Part shown: positions 54,110-63,892 of the stretch, in pieces
Layout: the number at the start of each line of letters is the position of its first letter
Numbering within the stretch: the stretch's first letter is position 1
The notes under the pieces: generated by a model
Database searches by the model: none
The model's input: only the letters and a program-made list of their open reading frames with translations
What the model was told of the DNA's origin: nothing
Assembly (NCBI GenBank): GCA_002344825.1
Contig: DDUN01000038.1
Location: forward strand, 21,061-85,060
Origin: Candidatus Multiplicimicrobium inquinatum
GTDB taxonomy: Bacteria > Omnitrophota > Omnitrophia > Omnitrophales > Aquincolibacteriaceae
Direction of reading: 5' to 3'
DNA: 64,000 bases
Translations under genes and position numbers: made by a program

Positions 54110-57100
54110 ATGAAATTTAATATGCGCAAAATTTTTACCAATATTTTCATTCTTATCTTCCTAATTAACTCCGTCTTCCCCGCCCAAGCCCAATTTGTAA
54201 GGACAGAGCCAAAAGCTAAAACTTTCAGCGGAGTTGCTTTTCAAGCTATTTCTGTGCCCGAAAGTTTGGCTTTTAAGGATAAGAGCTTCCGCGGCAAAAA
54301 ACGCGAAGCGCTTTGGATTTTAAATGATGCCCATGCGGTTCCTTCCGCGCAGGAATCGATTTCACAAACGTTGCAGTATTTACAAAAAGAGGCCGGACTC
54401 AATTTTGTGGGAGTTGAAGGCGCGACAGGTTATTTTGAAACCACGCTTTTGCGTGCTTTTCCTGATTCTGAAAAACTGGAACAAAGCGTACGTGAGCTTT
54501 GGGGAAAAGGGGAAATTTCAGGCGCGACTTTGGCGGCTCTCACGAGCGGAAAGCATGCGCGTTATTTTGGAGTTGAAACATCCGGACTTTATGAACAAGG
54601 GTTAAGAAATTATTTTACCGCGAAGAAAACAGCGCCGGCGCATCAAGAAAAACTTAACGCAATACAGGCTCAAATAAGAGAGCTCAAGCAAAAATTATTT
54701 TCGAAGGAGCTGCGGCGATTTGACGATTTGCGCTTGGAGATGAAAACAAACTCTGCGCAAAGCTTGCCTCTCATTTTAGATTTGGCTTCGCGCGAGATCG
54801 CTGATGATATCAGCCAAAATTTTCAGCATCTTTTTGCGCTTGCCCAAGAGCTGAAAGGGAAACACGAAGTTTCATCCGAGGCTTTGTCGGTGTGGAGCCG
54901 CGAAATCGGGCTTAAGATTAAATCTCAAGCGGAACAGAAAAAATGGTCTGAAAAAGAGCAGGCGTGGCAAACCGGGAATTTTTCGGACGCCCAGTTCGCG
55001 GCTTTTGCGTTTCAGTTTTGCCGAGAGCAAGGCTGGGCTCCGCGAATTCCGGAAGAATTACAAGTTTTGGCCCGACGCGGTGAAACTCTTGCGCGCATGC
55101 GATCCAAAGTTTTTGTCCGGGAGTGGGAGCAGCTCCTGGTTCGGCTTGAAGTGGCTTTTGCAAAAAACCAGATAGAACGAGACCTAATGGTTTTAACGCA
55201 TCAAGCTGAACTTTTAAGCGACTGGCTTCGTTTAGAGCTTTCAAGTGAGGGTTGGAAACGGGCCGTAAAGCCATTCTCTTTTGTTTCCGACTCAAAAATG
55301 AAATTGCTTTCCGCGGACTTAGAAAGTCTGCGCCAACAGCTGGCGGCGTCCGATCTCGCCCGCTTTTATGAAAATGCTGAAGCGCGGGAAAAAGATTTGA
55401 TTGAAAACACACTGAAGCAAATGCGCCGTGAAGGACAAACAACCGGAGTTTTAATTGCGGGCGGTTTTCATACGGAAGGTTTAGCAAACAAGCTCGAGCA
55501 GCGGGATATTTCGTATTCGGTTTTAACGCCAGCCATCGCGGAGCTTCCTGCTGAGAGCCGCTACGATGCGCTTATGCACGGCGATGTCTCGTGGAAAAAT
55601 TACTTGCGCGCCGAGAACAAACAAATTCAGCTGTATGAATCTTTCGCGCGCGCTATGACGCATCAGCTGCTGGATTTGGAAAAACAACAAAAAGACCCGA
55701 TACGCATTCTCGCAAATTATAAAGCTTGGCGTGAACATTTAATTCGCGGTATTCACGCGGCTGACGCGAAAAGGAATTTACAAGCGCTGGCGCTTTTGGA
55801 TGAAATTGTTCTCGAGGCTATTTATCCGGATGAATACGCGCCGCTTAAACAAAACTGGAAAAAAACTTTTTCTAAAATATGGCCTGTTTTAACGAGACTT
55901 AAAAAAATCGGAAAACTTAGCGCGCCCTCTGCCGGCCCGGCGTTCTCCGGAGCGACAGCGATGTTTGCTTTGGGCAATCCCTTGGTGCCGGAGGCTCCTG
56001 TTATTGCGATGCCTGGGGTGGAAGCGCCCACCACTTCTCCCGCGGTATTCCCAAGCGAAACCACCGCGCCGACTTTGCCGCGATCCGAAATGCGTGTGAT
56101 GTCGCCGTTGATGGCACATATAAAAGAAGGCACAACGGATTTATTTTTTGTTCACGCCGCCGTTTCTTCTTTGTTAGACAAGCTGACCGAACGGCATGAA
56201 ACGGAACCCGTTTCTTTCGAAAATATTCGCGATCATTATCGTTGGAAATATTCAGAGCGATATAAGCGCCTCACCGAAAAAGGATTTGTGCCCGCTTTGG
56301 GTCTTCAAATGGAGCTTGCCGATGAACTTTTAAGCAACGCTCTTAATGCTCTTTCCGAAGGCGAGGCGAGCCTTTTTATAAAAAATGAAAAGGGATATTT
56401 TCCGCGCAATCCGCGGGCTTTGGCAATTAAAGGAGACCACGCGGCTTATATTCGCCGTGATTTGATCCGAGCGATTGAAGTCGGCGGCAATGGTTTTAAA
56501 ACGGTTATTCAGGATTATGTGCGGAACGCGAATGAAAGTGAATTTTTGAATCCCATCGAGGGGAAGTGGCCGATTCTTAAGGCTGTGTTGCTTTTAGAAA
56601 AAAGACAAAGAGAAAAACTGCTTCGCTTGCTTTTGGAAGAGAAGACCTTCACCAATCTGCCGCTTGTGCAATCTATGATTCTTATGCTGCAAGCCGATGA
56701 TTCCCTCGGCTGGCTTCGTCAGCAGATAATTGAGAGCATTCAAAAAAAGCAAGGGGCTGTTTCTGTTCCGACAAAAAATAAAAATTTAAAGATATTCGCG
56801 TTTGTTTCAAAAAACAGTGTTCGTTTTGTTTTGATTAAAAACGCTTCCGGAAAAATTATTGATACGGGCGTAGAAAATCTTGGAATGGCGGATCAGGGAG
56901 TTGTTTTAGCTGATTTGTTCAGAGGGGGATTAAAACTTGAAGACGTTAACGTGCTTGAAGTTCGTAATGCGGTTACCAATGCGTTTTACAGCGCCTATGC
57001 CGTCAGCGGTATGATCCGCAACGGGCTCTCGGTTTTTATTCCCGCAGAAACAAATGAAGAGTGGCAGGTTTTGGATTTCGTCCATCGATCCGAGACGCGG

Positions 57101-60100
57101 CTAAGAAAAGAAAACGGATTTGTGAACGTGAAAGATTTTCCGTTTCTTTCAAATCATACGGTTTATAGCCGTCAATTTGAGGCCGGTTTGCCGCGGCATT
57201 TGCTTGAAAAAATCGAAAGCGCGGCCTTAACAGGAGAAGATCAGCTGGTCAAAGAATTTGGGATTTCGAAAGAACTTGCGGCCGCGCTTGTTGCGCAAGT
57301 TAATTTAACCGGCGGGCTGGGCGCGTTAATGCCGGATTTATTCGAAGCCTGGGAAGCGAATGCCATGCCGGTGACAGGCATTCATCCGCTTTGGAATTGG
57401 ATCAAGAACCGCCCTGAAAAAGCTCTGGGCAAGGATGGCAGCCGGCTTCCGCTTGGGAATATGGTAAAGCAGCACATGGAAGATACGGGAATTCATTTCG
57501 AAGTCGCCCTTCCGATCACACAGCGGTATCGTTCTTACGCTCAAAATAGCCGCGCGCGCGAGCTTTTAACCGCGGCCGGGCATAAGCAAATTTTTGTGCG
57601 CATTTATAAGACATACTCTCATTTTCAAAATGCGCCCCAATACTATCTCGATTCGTATTACGTTGAAAACGGCAAAGAGGTTCCGGTTTTCGGCGAAGTT
57701 TATGACGATGACAATGCTCTGCGAGATTTTCATATGGCTGTTTTTAGCCAGGCCAGCCAAACGCTGATTCAAAAACTTGAAGGTAAGGGTGACCCTGAAG
57801 ACATTGTTTTATTGGATCACGAGGTGTTTACGAGCATTCCCGCAGCGCGTCTTAACAGCGCCAAGCTCGCAACTTTGAACCACACGGTTTTTCGTCCGGG
57901 GTTGTATGAGCCCTCTGAGAGCTCGTATGAATTATTGGGTTTCCCGGAATGGCTGCGAGGCACGATTGCGCATGACGGCAAAATCAGTATCGCGGATTAC
58001 ACGGCCGAAGCTTATGACCTCTTGACGGGCGTTGGTTTGGTGGAGCATGTCCCGGCATTGCATACCAATATTTTCCGCTGGGGCTGGCAGAAGCTGCGCG
58101 GATTTTTTGACGGCAAGCGGCGCAGTACCAATGGGGTTTATCTCCCGCGCTGGCAATCGCATCCGCGTCGTAAGCTGATAGAAGATTATAAAAAGAGGCT
58201 TAATATTCCAGTGCCAAAATTCGGGTTGCCCGTTGAAGCCTCCGACCATGATTTTTTTATTGAGCTTGATAAGAAAAAAAATGCGGCGCTAAAAAAAGAC
58301 TTTATTTTAAAAAATGAAGCGGTGGGCGCTTCCGATGCCGCCGAGCTTTTGATTTGGCTTTATGAAAAGCACGGCTTCGAATGGCTTAAGGACTCTTTGG
58401 GCGCGTTTATCGAAAAAGGAAATGTCGCAAATTTAATCGCGGACCTCAACGGAATGCGCGCAAATTTGAATGACATGATCGGAAAAGAGGCATCAGCTGA
58501 CAAACAGTGGGAGGCCTTTTTTAGACAGCGCGGAAAACTTATTCATGCCTTGCTTCAAGATCCGATCGGAGCGAATGTCCGGCGCCAGGTCCCTTATAAA
58601 GGACCGGATAAATATGTGGAAGTTTTAAACAGCTTTTTGACGTTGGCGAAAGCTCAAACCGGAAAGAGCTTTGATCAGGGGGCTCTTTTTCAAAGAATCA
58701 AAGGGCAGGTTGAAAAAGGCGACTTTGGCGATCCTGAATTTCAGGATTTGCGGGCGGCGCTTAAAAACTCGGCAATTAGTCAGGAAATACGTGAGCAAAT
58801 GGCGCGCGTGATTATTGGCGGGCGTACTTTTGACATGGGCGCGCATGAGCGCTTTTTGTATATCCGCTTTATGGCGAATTTGCTTGGTCTTGAAAGCCGG
58901 TTTGCTACGGTTGAAAATTATAATTATCACGAGGCGCGATTAATTTTTAAAGGCGCGCAAGCCGGCATTATGCTTTCGGATGAAATTTTGGAAGCTTCTG
59001 CCACCAGTATGGAAAAAGCGCAAACCAATATGGCCGAGGTGATCGGTGTTTTTGGCGGAGCGGTTCCTGAAATTTGGATCATTCGCAGTACGCAAACGGG
59101 TGAAATCAAAGAGGTTTTAGACAAAGATAGTGATCCCGCGATGACGCATAATGAACTGCGGGAAAAACTTAAAAGCGGGGAGTGGGAGATTTTGAATGGT
59201 ATTTTGGTGGAATACCAGGATGGTTCCAGGAGTGAACAAATCGGCGGGTTGCGCAGGCCTTCCGCGGCCAGCTTGGTGGCGGCGCTGAAACAATTGCGCG
59301 CGTCACGCGGCAACCCCGAAACCCGTCATCAACGCATGTATGACACTTTGGCCTCGTCGTGGAAAGTAGACATGGTTACAAGCCAGGCTCAGGCCCACGC
59401 GTATTTACTGGAGGGCATGCTTAAAATCAAAGCAGATCAAAAAGCATTGCTTGGGAAAACAAAAGCCGCAGATGAAGATTTTAAGCACATCGCTTCCGCC
59501 GGAGTTTTTAACTGGAATGTTCAGCGCGAAAATCTGCATCCTTTTTATCGTGGCGGCATGCTTGGTTTTGTGAGCGCTTTCCGCTGGTTAAAAAGCTGGC
59601 AAAAACCGCATCAAAATTCATCGGACGGCATGGCTTCACGGGGCGAAGACGCGCTGGCGGCGATTCAATTTCACGCGGCAAACGGGGATGTTTTTGAATA
59701 CTTGCTCAAGAATCTTGCGCCGCTTTCGGGCGGCGTCGAGCCTTTGCGCGAGCGTATTCGAGTTTTGCAGGAGCAGGCAAAAAAAGCGGAGAAAGAACGT
59801 GTGCGCGTCGCGTTAAATCTCGAAGCGCTCGAGCTTGTGGATCAGTTTTTTGTAAAAACGGCCGGCGAATGGCTGGAAGAATATGTTGCGGATACAACAT
59901 CGCCGGAAAGACGGCAAGCTTTGCGTGAAGTTTTAGAAAAATCCGCTTTTGTGGAAGAGCATAAAAACAAACCGCAACAGCCATGGGCGGAATATATCGC
60001 GCGTTATCTGGATCATCATCCTTTGGCAACCCCGCTTGAAACTTCCGATACTCGTGTGCGCTCCTTTGTTTTTGCAAAATCAGATCAGCCGATTTTAATT

Positions 60101-61930
60101 AACCTGAGTGTGAACGCGGCATCTTCCGAAGAAAAGGATGCGGCCGGAAAAACCATCCGCAAAGCGCGCGCGACGGTTTATTTGAATGAGTCAGCCGCAA
60201 AGATTTTGGGCGGCGAAAGCTTTGGAAAGCAGGAGCTTTATCGTGTGACAGAGCCGGCACGGGAAATTGATTATAAATTGCATACCGCGGTGGAACTGCA
60301 AGATGCTTTGGGAGTTGGAATTCCGATGCCGCTTGGCGTTGAGGTTTTGGCTTGGCGCCCCGCGCAGGCTGAGCTTGCGGGTGTTTTTCAGCGCGCTTTT
60401 CAGGCAAAAAGTTTTTCTGATGCCGTGAACACGCTTTCGCAGCGCGTTCAGGACGCGGCTAGCTCGCATACCGCCGATGATTTCTCGAGGTTCTCAGCGA
60501 ACGGGGAAGCGAAGGAGGCTTTTTTAAGAGAGTTAGCAGATTTAGCGAGTCTTGATCCCCGCTCCGCCGAGCACCTTTTTACGCAAGACGGGCGCAAAGC
60601 CGTGATGGCCTTTATTTTAATGACGCATCCTGAACTTTTAGATTCCGTCAAGCAATGGCATCGTGATTTTTACGCAAAGCTACAAATTTTGCGCTCGGAA
60701 AACCCGGATTTTTTTAATAGCCGCTCGTCTGTGCGCGTGATTAACTCATCCCGCAACGGGACTTTGGTGTTAGCGCGCCAAGACGGGAATGGAAATTTAT
60801 TGTTTGCTTCGCTGCTTTTCTATGTGAGCCAACGGGAGATTAACTTTGACGGCAAAGTAAACACAACTTTAAGCGGCTTGGAAGGACTGCTTGTCAGATC
60901 ACCTTATAAGATTACGGATGGGCTTACCAGACAGATTTATGGAGAGCGTTCCGATTTGCTTAGCTCCTGGGTCAACCGCATTCCGTTTAATGACCGCTCT
61001 CAGTTTTTGATTCTCGAGCCGGTCAAGCGATCTGAGTTCCGCGGTTTAGCGGAATCGCAGCAACGTTCCGAAGTCGTAACTGAAGGACGCATGGAGGCAA
61101 AAGGGGAAAGTTTCTTGGTTGCCGCGATTAGATTTATGGGTTTTGCTTTTAACCCGGGCCGGGCCGCGTGGGCGGAAGAAGTTTTGCACCCTGTTTACGC
61201 CGCGGGAATTTTGGCGAGAACGCATCCTGAACATTTTGTTCCGGCTTTAATTTTGTCTTCAAACGGAGAGTGGATGACGCCTCATCAAGAAAACCGTTCT
61301 GAAGCGAGGCTTTGGGATCAGCTGGGGGCGTTTGCTTCTAAGCATTTTGAAGCGCATCCGAATACACCGCTTCATTTAGGATTTACGGTTCTTTATGATG
61401 AATCGCTGGATGAAATGTTATTGGCGTACGCTGAAAAAATAAATATGCTTCAAAAAGAGAACGATCGGGGATCGCTCATTAAGAATCGTTTGACAGTCTT
61501 TTTGGCGCCGAATCAAAAGATGTCCGAAAATTTTTCTCGGCAGGCGCCAAAACTTGGAATTGTTTCGAAGCAGCTCAGCGCCGGTAAAGAAGCGGCGCAA
61601 ATCGTTTCTTTTTTGAAAACGGAATCCGCGCGATCTGTTTTTGCTTATGGGTTTGAAGCCTTTAATCTTTCGGATCAGGAGTTGGGCGGTTTGCGCCCGC
61701 TCATTGTGGTCAGCGCTTTTTCACCCGAAGCCACTTTTAATCCTGCGGTTATGTTGAATTTGGCCACGGCTTCAGAGGGAAGCATTACCGCCGACGTGAT
61801 TCAACGGGTGTTTGTCGGGTATCAGCAATTTGTTCGTTTAACCAACGGATCACTTGCTTTGTTGGAAAATATTTTGAAAGACAAACTCCTCGAGCTTCAG
61901 GTAAAACAGCTTATTTCCTCGATGGCGTAA
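54110..61930 (+). CDS. Giant multidomain protein, 2606 aa. It has a signal peptide, an N-domain paralogous to the 36202 giant, and a central GT35 alpha-glucan phosphorylase-like region. It also carries R-S-E-x-R motifs.
   Basis: AAAGGAGAG RBS. The signal peptide is MKFNMRKIFTNIFILIFLINSVFPAQAQ. N-domain motifs are ILNDAHAVPSAQESI…VGVEGATGYFE and LIAGGFHTEGLANKLEQRDISYSVLTPAI (compare ILDAHDSLDAQKNI…FEEGYE and VFGGFHREGITEILRRNGFSYTVVIPKI in giant 1). GT35-like motifs appear in order: IVLLDHEVFTSIPAARL, ATLNHTVFRPGLYEP, VPALHTNIF, STNGVYLPRWQ, EILEASATSMEK, GVFGGAVPEI. Confidence 0.75.
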   Translation: MKFNMRKIFTNIFILIFLINSVFPAQAQFVRTEPKAKTFSGVAFQAISVPESLAFKDKSFRGKKREALWILNDAHAVPSAQESISQTLQYLQKEAGLNFVGVEGATGYFETTLLRAFPDSEKLEQSVRELWGKGEISGATLAALTSGKHARYFGVETSGLYEQGLRNYFTAKKTAPAHQEKLNAIQAQIRELKQKLFSKELRRFDDLRLEMKTNSAQSLPLILDLASREIADDISQNFQHLFALAQELKGKHEVSSEALSVWSREIGLKIKSQAEQKKWSEKEQAWQTGNFSDAQFAAFAFQFCREQGWAPRIPEELQVLARRGETLARMRSKVFVREWEQLLVRLEVAFAKNQIERDLMVLTHQAELLSDWLRLELSSEGWKRAVKPFSFVSDSKMKLLSADLESLRQQLAASDLARFYENAEAREKDLIENTLKQMRREGQTTGVLIAGGFHTEGLANKLEQRDISYSVLTPAIAELPAESRYDALMHGDVSWKNYLRAENKQIQLYESFARAMTHQLLDLEKQQKDPIRILANYKAWREHLIRGIHAADAKRNLQALALLDEIVLEAIYPDEYAPLKQNWKKTFSKIWPVLTRLKKIGKLSAPSAGPAFSGATAMFALGNPLVPEAPVIAMPGVEAPTTSPAVFPSETTAPTLPRSEMRVMSPLMAHIKEGTTDLFFVHAAVSSLLDKLTERHETEPVSFENIRDHYRWKYSERYKRLTEKGFVPALGLQMELADELLSNALNALSEGEASLFIKNEKGYFPRNPRALAIKGDHAAYIRRDLIRAIEVGGNGFKTVIQDYVRNANESEFLNPIEGKWPILKAVLLLEKRQREKLLRLLLEEKTFTNLPLVQSMILMLQADDSLGWLRQQIIESIQKKQGAVSVPTKNKNLKIFAFVSKNSVRFVLIKNASGKIIDTGVENLGMADQGVVLADLFRGGLKLEDVNVLEVRNAVTNAFYSAYAVSGMIRNGLSVFIPAETNEEWQVLDFVHRSETRLRKENGFVNVKDFPFLSNHTVYSRQFEAGLPRHLLEKIESAALTGEDQLVKEFGISKELAAALVAQVNLTGGLGALMPDLFEAWEANAMPVTGIHPLWNWIKNRPEKALGKDGSRLPLGNMVKQHMEDTGIHFEVALPITQRYRSYAQNSRARELLTAAGHKQIFVRIYKTYSHFQNAPQYYLDSYYVENGKEVPVFGEVYDDDNALRDFHMAVFSQASQTLIQKLEGKGDPEDIVLLDHEVFTSIPAARLNSAKLATLNHTVFRPGLYEPSESSYELLGFPEWLRGTIAHDGKISIADYTAEAYDLLTGVGLVEHVPALHTNIFRWGWQKLRGFFDGKRRSTNGVYLPRWQSHPRRKLIEDYKKRLNIPVPKFGLPVEASDHDFFIELDKKKNAALKKDFILKNEAVGASDAAELLIWLYEKHGFEWLKDSLGAFIEKGNVANLIADLNGMRANLNDMIGKEASADKQWEAFFRQRGKLIHALLQDPIGANVRRQVPYKGPDKYVEVLNSFLTLAKAQTGKSFDQGALFQRIKGQVEKGDFGDPEFQDLRAALKNSAISQEIREQMARVIIGGRTFDMGAHERFLYIRFMANLLGLESRFATVENYNYHEARLIFKGAQAGIMLSDEILEASATSMEKAQTNMAEVIGVFGGAVPEIWIIRSTQTGEIKEVLDKDSDPAMTHNELREKLKSGEWEILNGILVEYQDGSRSEQIGGLRRPSAASLVAALKQLRASRGNPETRHQRMYDTLASSWKVDMVTSQAQAHAYLLEGMLKIKADQKALLGKTKAADEDFKHIASAGVFNWNVQRENLHPFYRGGMLGFVSAFRWLKSWQKPHQNSSDGMASRGEDALAAIQFHAANGDVFEYLLKNLAPLSGGVEPLRERIRVLQEQAKKAEKERVRVALNLEALELVDQFFVKTAGEWLEEYVADTTSPERRQALREVLEKSAFVEEHKNKPQQPWAEYIARYLDHHPLATPLETSDTRVRSFVFAKSDQPILINLSVNAASSEEKDAAGKTIRKARATVYLNESAAKILGGESFGKQELYRVTEPAREIDYKLHTAVELQDALGVGIPMPLGVEVLAWRPAQAELAGVFQRAFQAKSFSDAVNTLSQRVQDAASSHTADDFSRFSANGEAKEAFLRELADLASLDPRSAEHLFTQDGRKAVMAFILMTHPELLDSVKQWHRDFYAKLQILRSENPDFFNSRSSVRVINSSRNGTLVLARQDGNGNLLFASLLFYVSQREINFDGKVNTTLSGLEGLLVRSPYKITDGLTRQIYGERSDLLSSWVNRIPFNDRSQFLILEPVKRSEFRGLAESQQRSEVVTEGRMEAKGESFLVAAIRFMGFAFNPGRAAWAEEVLHPVYAAGILARTHPEHFVPALILSSNGEWMTPHQENRSEARLWDQLGAFASKHFEAHPNTPLHLGFTVLYDESLDEMLLAYAEKINMLQKENDRGSLIKNRLTVFLAPNQKMSENFSRQAPKLGIVSKQLSAGKEAAQIVSFLKTESARSVFAYGFEAFNLSDQELGGLRPLIVVSAFSPEATFNPAVMLNLATASEGSITADVIQRVFVGYQQFVRLTNGSLALLENILKDKLLELQVKQLISSMA

Positions 61931-62016
61931 AGGCTGTTTCCATGTACTTTGCCCGCACTCATATCGGGGATGACTGTCTCCGATATGGCGTGGGGATGGT
62001 CTTTGGTCTCTAGTCT

Positions 62017-62709
62017 GTGCTAATATTCTCCATGTCAAATTTTCTTTATAAAGTGAAAAAGGATTTCCGCGGATGCATCGAGCGTGATCCCGCCGCGCAG
62101 ACTTCTTTCGGCTGGCTCGAAGTTCTTTTGCTTTGCCCCGGCTTTCATGCTGTTTTGCTTTACCGTATCGCGCATGTGATTCATTCTTGGGGAGTTCCCG
62201 TTTTGCCGCGGTTGCTTTCTCAGCTCGGCCGGTTTTTTACCGGAGTTGAGATTCATTCCGGCGCGAAAATCGGCGCGGGGCTTTTTATTGATCATGGCAT
62301 GGGTGTTGTCATCGGCGAGACTTCTGAGATCGGTGAAAACGTGACTCTTTATCAAGGCGTGACCTTAGGCGGCACCGGTAATGAACGCGGTAAGCGGCAC
62401 CCTACTTTGGGAGATCATGTTGTGGTGGGCGCCGGCGCGAAAGTTTTGGGAAATATCCGCATAGGTAATTCAGTAAAAGTCGGAGCCGGTTCGGTTGTCG
62501 TTCATCCCGTGCCGGACAATTGCACCGTGGTGGGCGTTCCGGCTGAAATCGTAAGAAAAGAAGGCAAAAAAGTCGCGTGCATTGATCTGGAGCATGGTGA
62601 TTTGCCTGATCCCGTTCGTGAACTTAAAAATCGCGTTCGCGCGCTTCAAAAAGAAATTGAAACGCTCGAGGCTTGCCTCAAGGCTCAGTCTGATAAAACC
62701 GAAGCTTAG
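62017..62709 (+). CDS. cysE: Serine O-acetyltransferase.
   Basis: The N-terminal SATase helical domain (…DPAAQTSFGWLEVLLLCPGFHAVLLYRIAHVIHSWGV…) is followed by left-handed beta-helix hexapeptide repeats (…GAKIGAGLFIDHGMGVVIGETSEIGENVTLYQGVTLGG…). Confidence 0.88.
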   Translation: MLIFSMSNFLYKVKKDFRGCIERDPAAQTSFGWLEVLLLCPGFHAVLLYRIAHVIHSWGVPVLPRLLSQLGRFFTGVEIHSGAKIGAGLFIDHGMGVVIGETSEIGENVTLYQGVTLGGTGNERGKRHPTLGDHVVVGAGAKVLGNIRIGNSVKVGAGSVVVHPVPDNCTVVGVPAEIVRKEGKKVACIDLEHGDLPDPVRELKNRVRALQKEIETLEACLKAQSDKTEA

Positions 62710-62846
62710 CGCGGTGAGACTTTTTTCACTTTGTTATTTAGATAAGATGAACCGAAAATGAAACGGGCCGTTCTTGCGGAAGCATTTGTGTCCGTGTTAT
62801 TTTTTATTTAGGACTTATACTAAATATCGATCGAGCAAGAGAGGCG

Positions 62847-63338
62847 TTGATGACGATGGCGACAAGGTCGGGAAGTAAGGGGTTTACGCTTGTTGAAATT
62901 ATCATTGTTCTCGCTGTTTTAGGATTGCTTGTGACTATTGCCTTGCCTGCGCTTTTGCGCAATCGCGTGATCGCGAATGAATCCGCTGCCAAAGCGAATT
63001 TGCAAACTTTTGCCGGAGCAATGGAATCGTACCGAGCCGCTCAACCGACTCCGGCCTATCCCAATGATATGAGTGATTTGACCGCCGCCACGCCGCCTTA
63101 TCTTGATACGACCTGGGGCGCGGGAACAACTCTTACGAAGAGCGGGTATAATTTGACTTATGTGCGAACCGGAGACGCGATTTACGCCTTAATTGCCGAG
63201 CCCAGTGAAGTTGCCGTTACCGGCAACAACTCTTTTTGCGTGGATGAATCCGCGCTTATTTGGACCTCAGAAACCTCGGCCGGTGCTTTTACGAGCTCTC
63301 CCTGTTCCGGCGGCACCGGCGCGGTAACTATTTCCTAA
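62847..63338 (+). CDS. Prepilin-type N-terminal cleavage/methylation domain protein (type IV pilin or T2SS pseudopilin).
   Basis: The class III signal is GSKGFTLVEIIIVLAVLGLLVTIALP (G-F-T-L-V-E). A C-terminal Cys pair is present (…FCVDES…SPCSGG). Confidence 0.8.
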   Translation: MMTMATRSGSKGFTLVEIIIVLAVLGLLVTIALPALLRNRVIANESAAKANLQTFAGAMESYRAAQPTPAYPNDMSDLTAATPPYLDTTWGAGTTLTKSGYNLTYVRTGDAIYALIAEPSEVAVTGNNSFCVDESALIWTSETSAGAFTSSPCSGGTGAVTIS

Positions 63339-63344
63339 TTTTTT

Positions 63345-63761
63345 ATGACGGCTAAATATTTTTCTTATTCTGACGGAGGCGCGCGCGGTAATCCCGGACC
63401 CGCGGCAATCGGTGTTTTGATTTGCGATGAAAAAGGTACAGCGATTTTTGAGCAAGGGGAAACCATCGGCGACAACACAAACAATGTTGCGGAGTATCAG
63501 GCGGTGATCAAGGCATTGCAAACCGCCGAAGATCTCGGAGCGCATGAAATTGTGCATCATATGGATAGCGAGCTTGTAACCAAGCAATTGCGCGGAGAGT
63601 ATCGCCTGAAAGCGGAGCATCTTCGCCCTTTTTTTCTCAAAGTCAAAGAGCTTGAAAAAAAATTTAAAAAAATCACTTATATTCATGTTCCGCGTGAGCA
63701 CCCGCAAATGCGGAGAGCCGACCGGCAAGTCAACCGTGCTTTGGATGAGGCGGGCTTTTAA
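63345..63761 (+). CDS. rnhA: Ribonuclease HI-family protein.
   Basis: The RNase H catalytic pattern is present (SDGGARGNPGPAAIG…NNVAEYQAVIKAL…HHMDSELVTKQL…REHPQMRRADRQVNRAL). 138 aa. Confidence 0.75.
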   Translation: MTAKYFSYSDGGARGNPGPAAIGVLICDEKGTAIFEQGETIGDNTNNVAEYQAVIKALQTAEDLGAHEIVHHMDSELVTKQLRGEYRLKAEHLRPFFLKVKELEKKFKKITYIHVPREHPQMRRADRQVNRALDEAGF

Positions 63762-63892
63762 ATGAGCACCCAACTTACACGACTAAAAGAAGTGTAAGTT
63801 GCGCGTGCGAATTTATCCCGAGCGAACGACTTGTGGTGAGCATGGTCGAACCAAGTGAGTCGAGGGATCGGCAAGTTTAAAAAGGAAATGTG

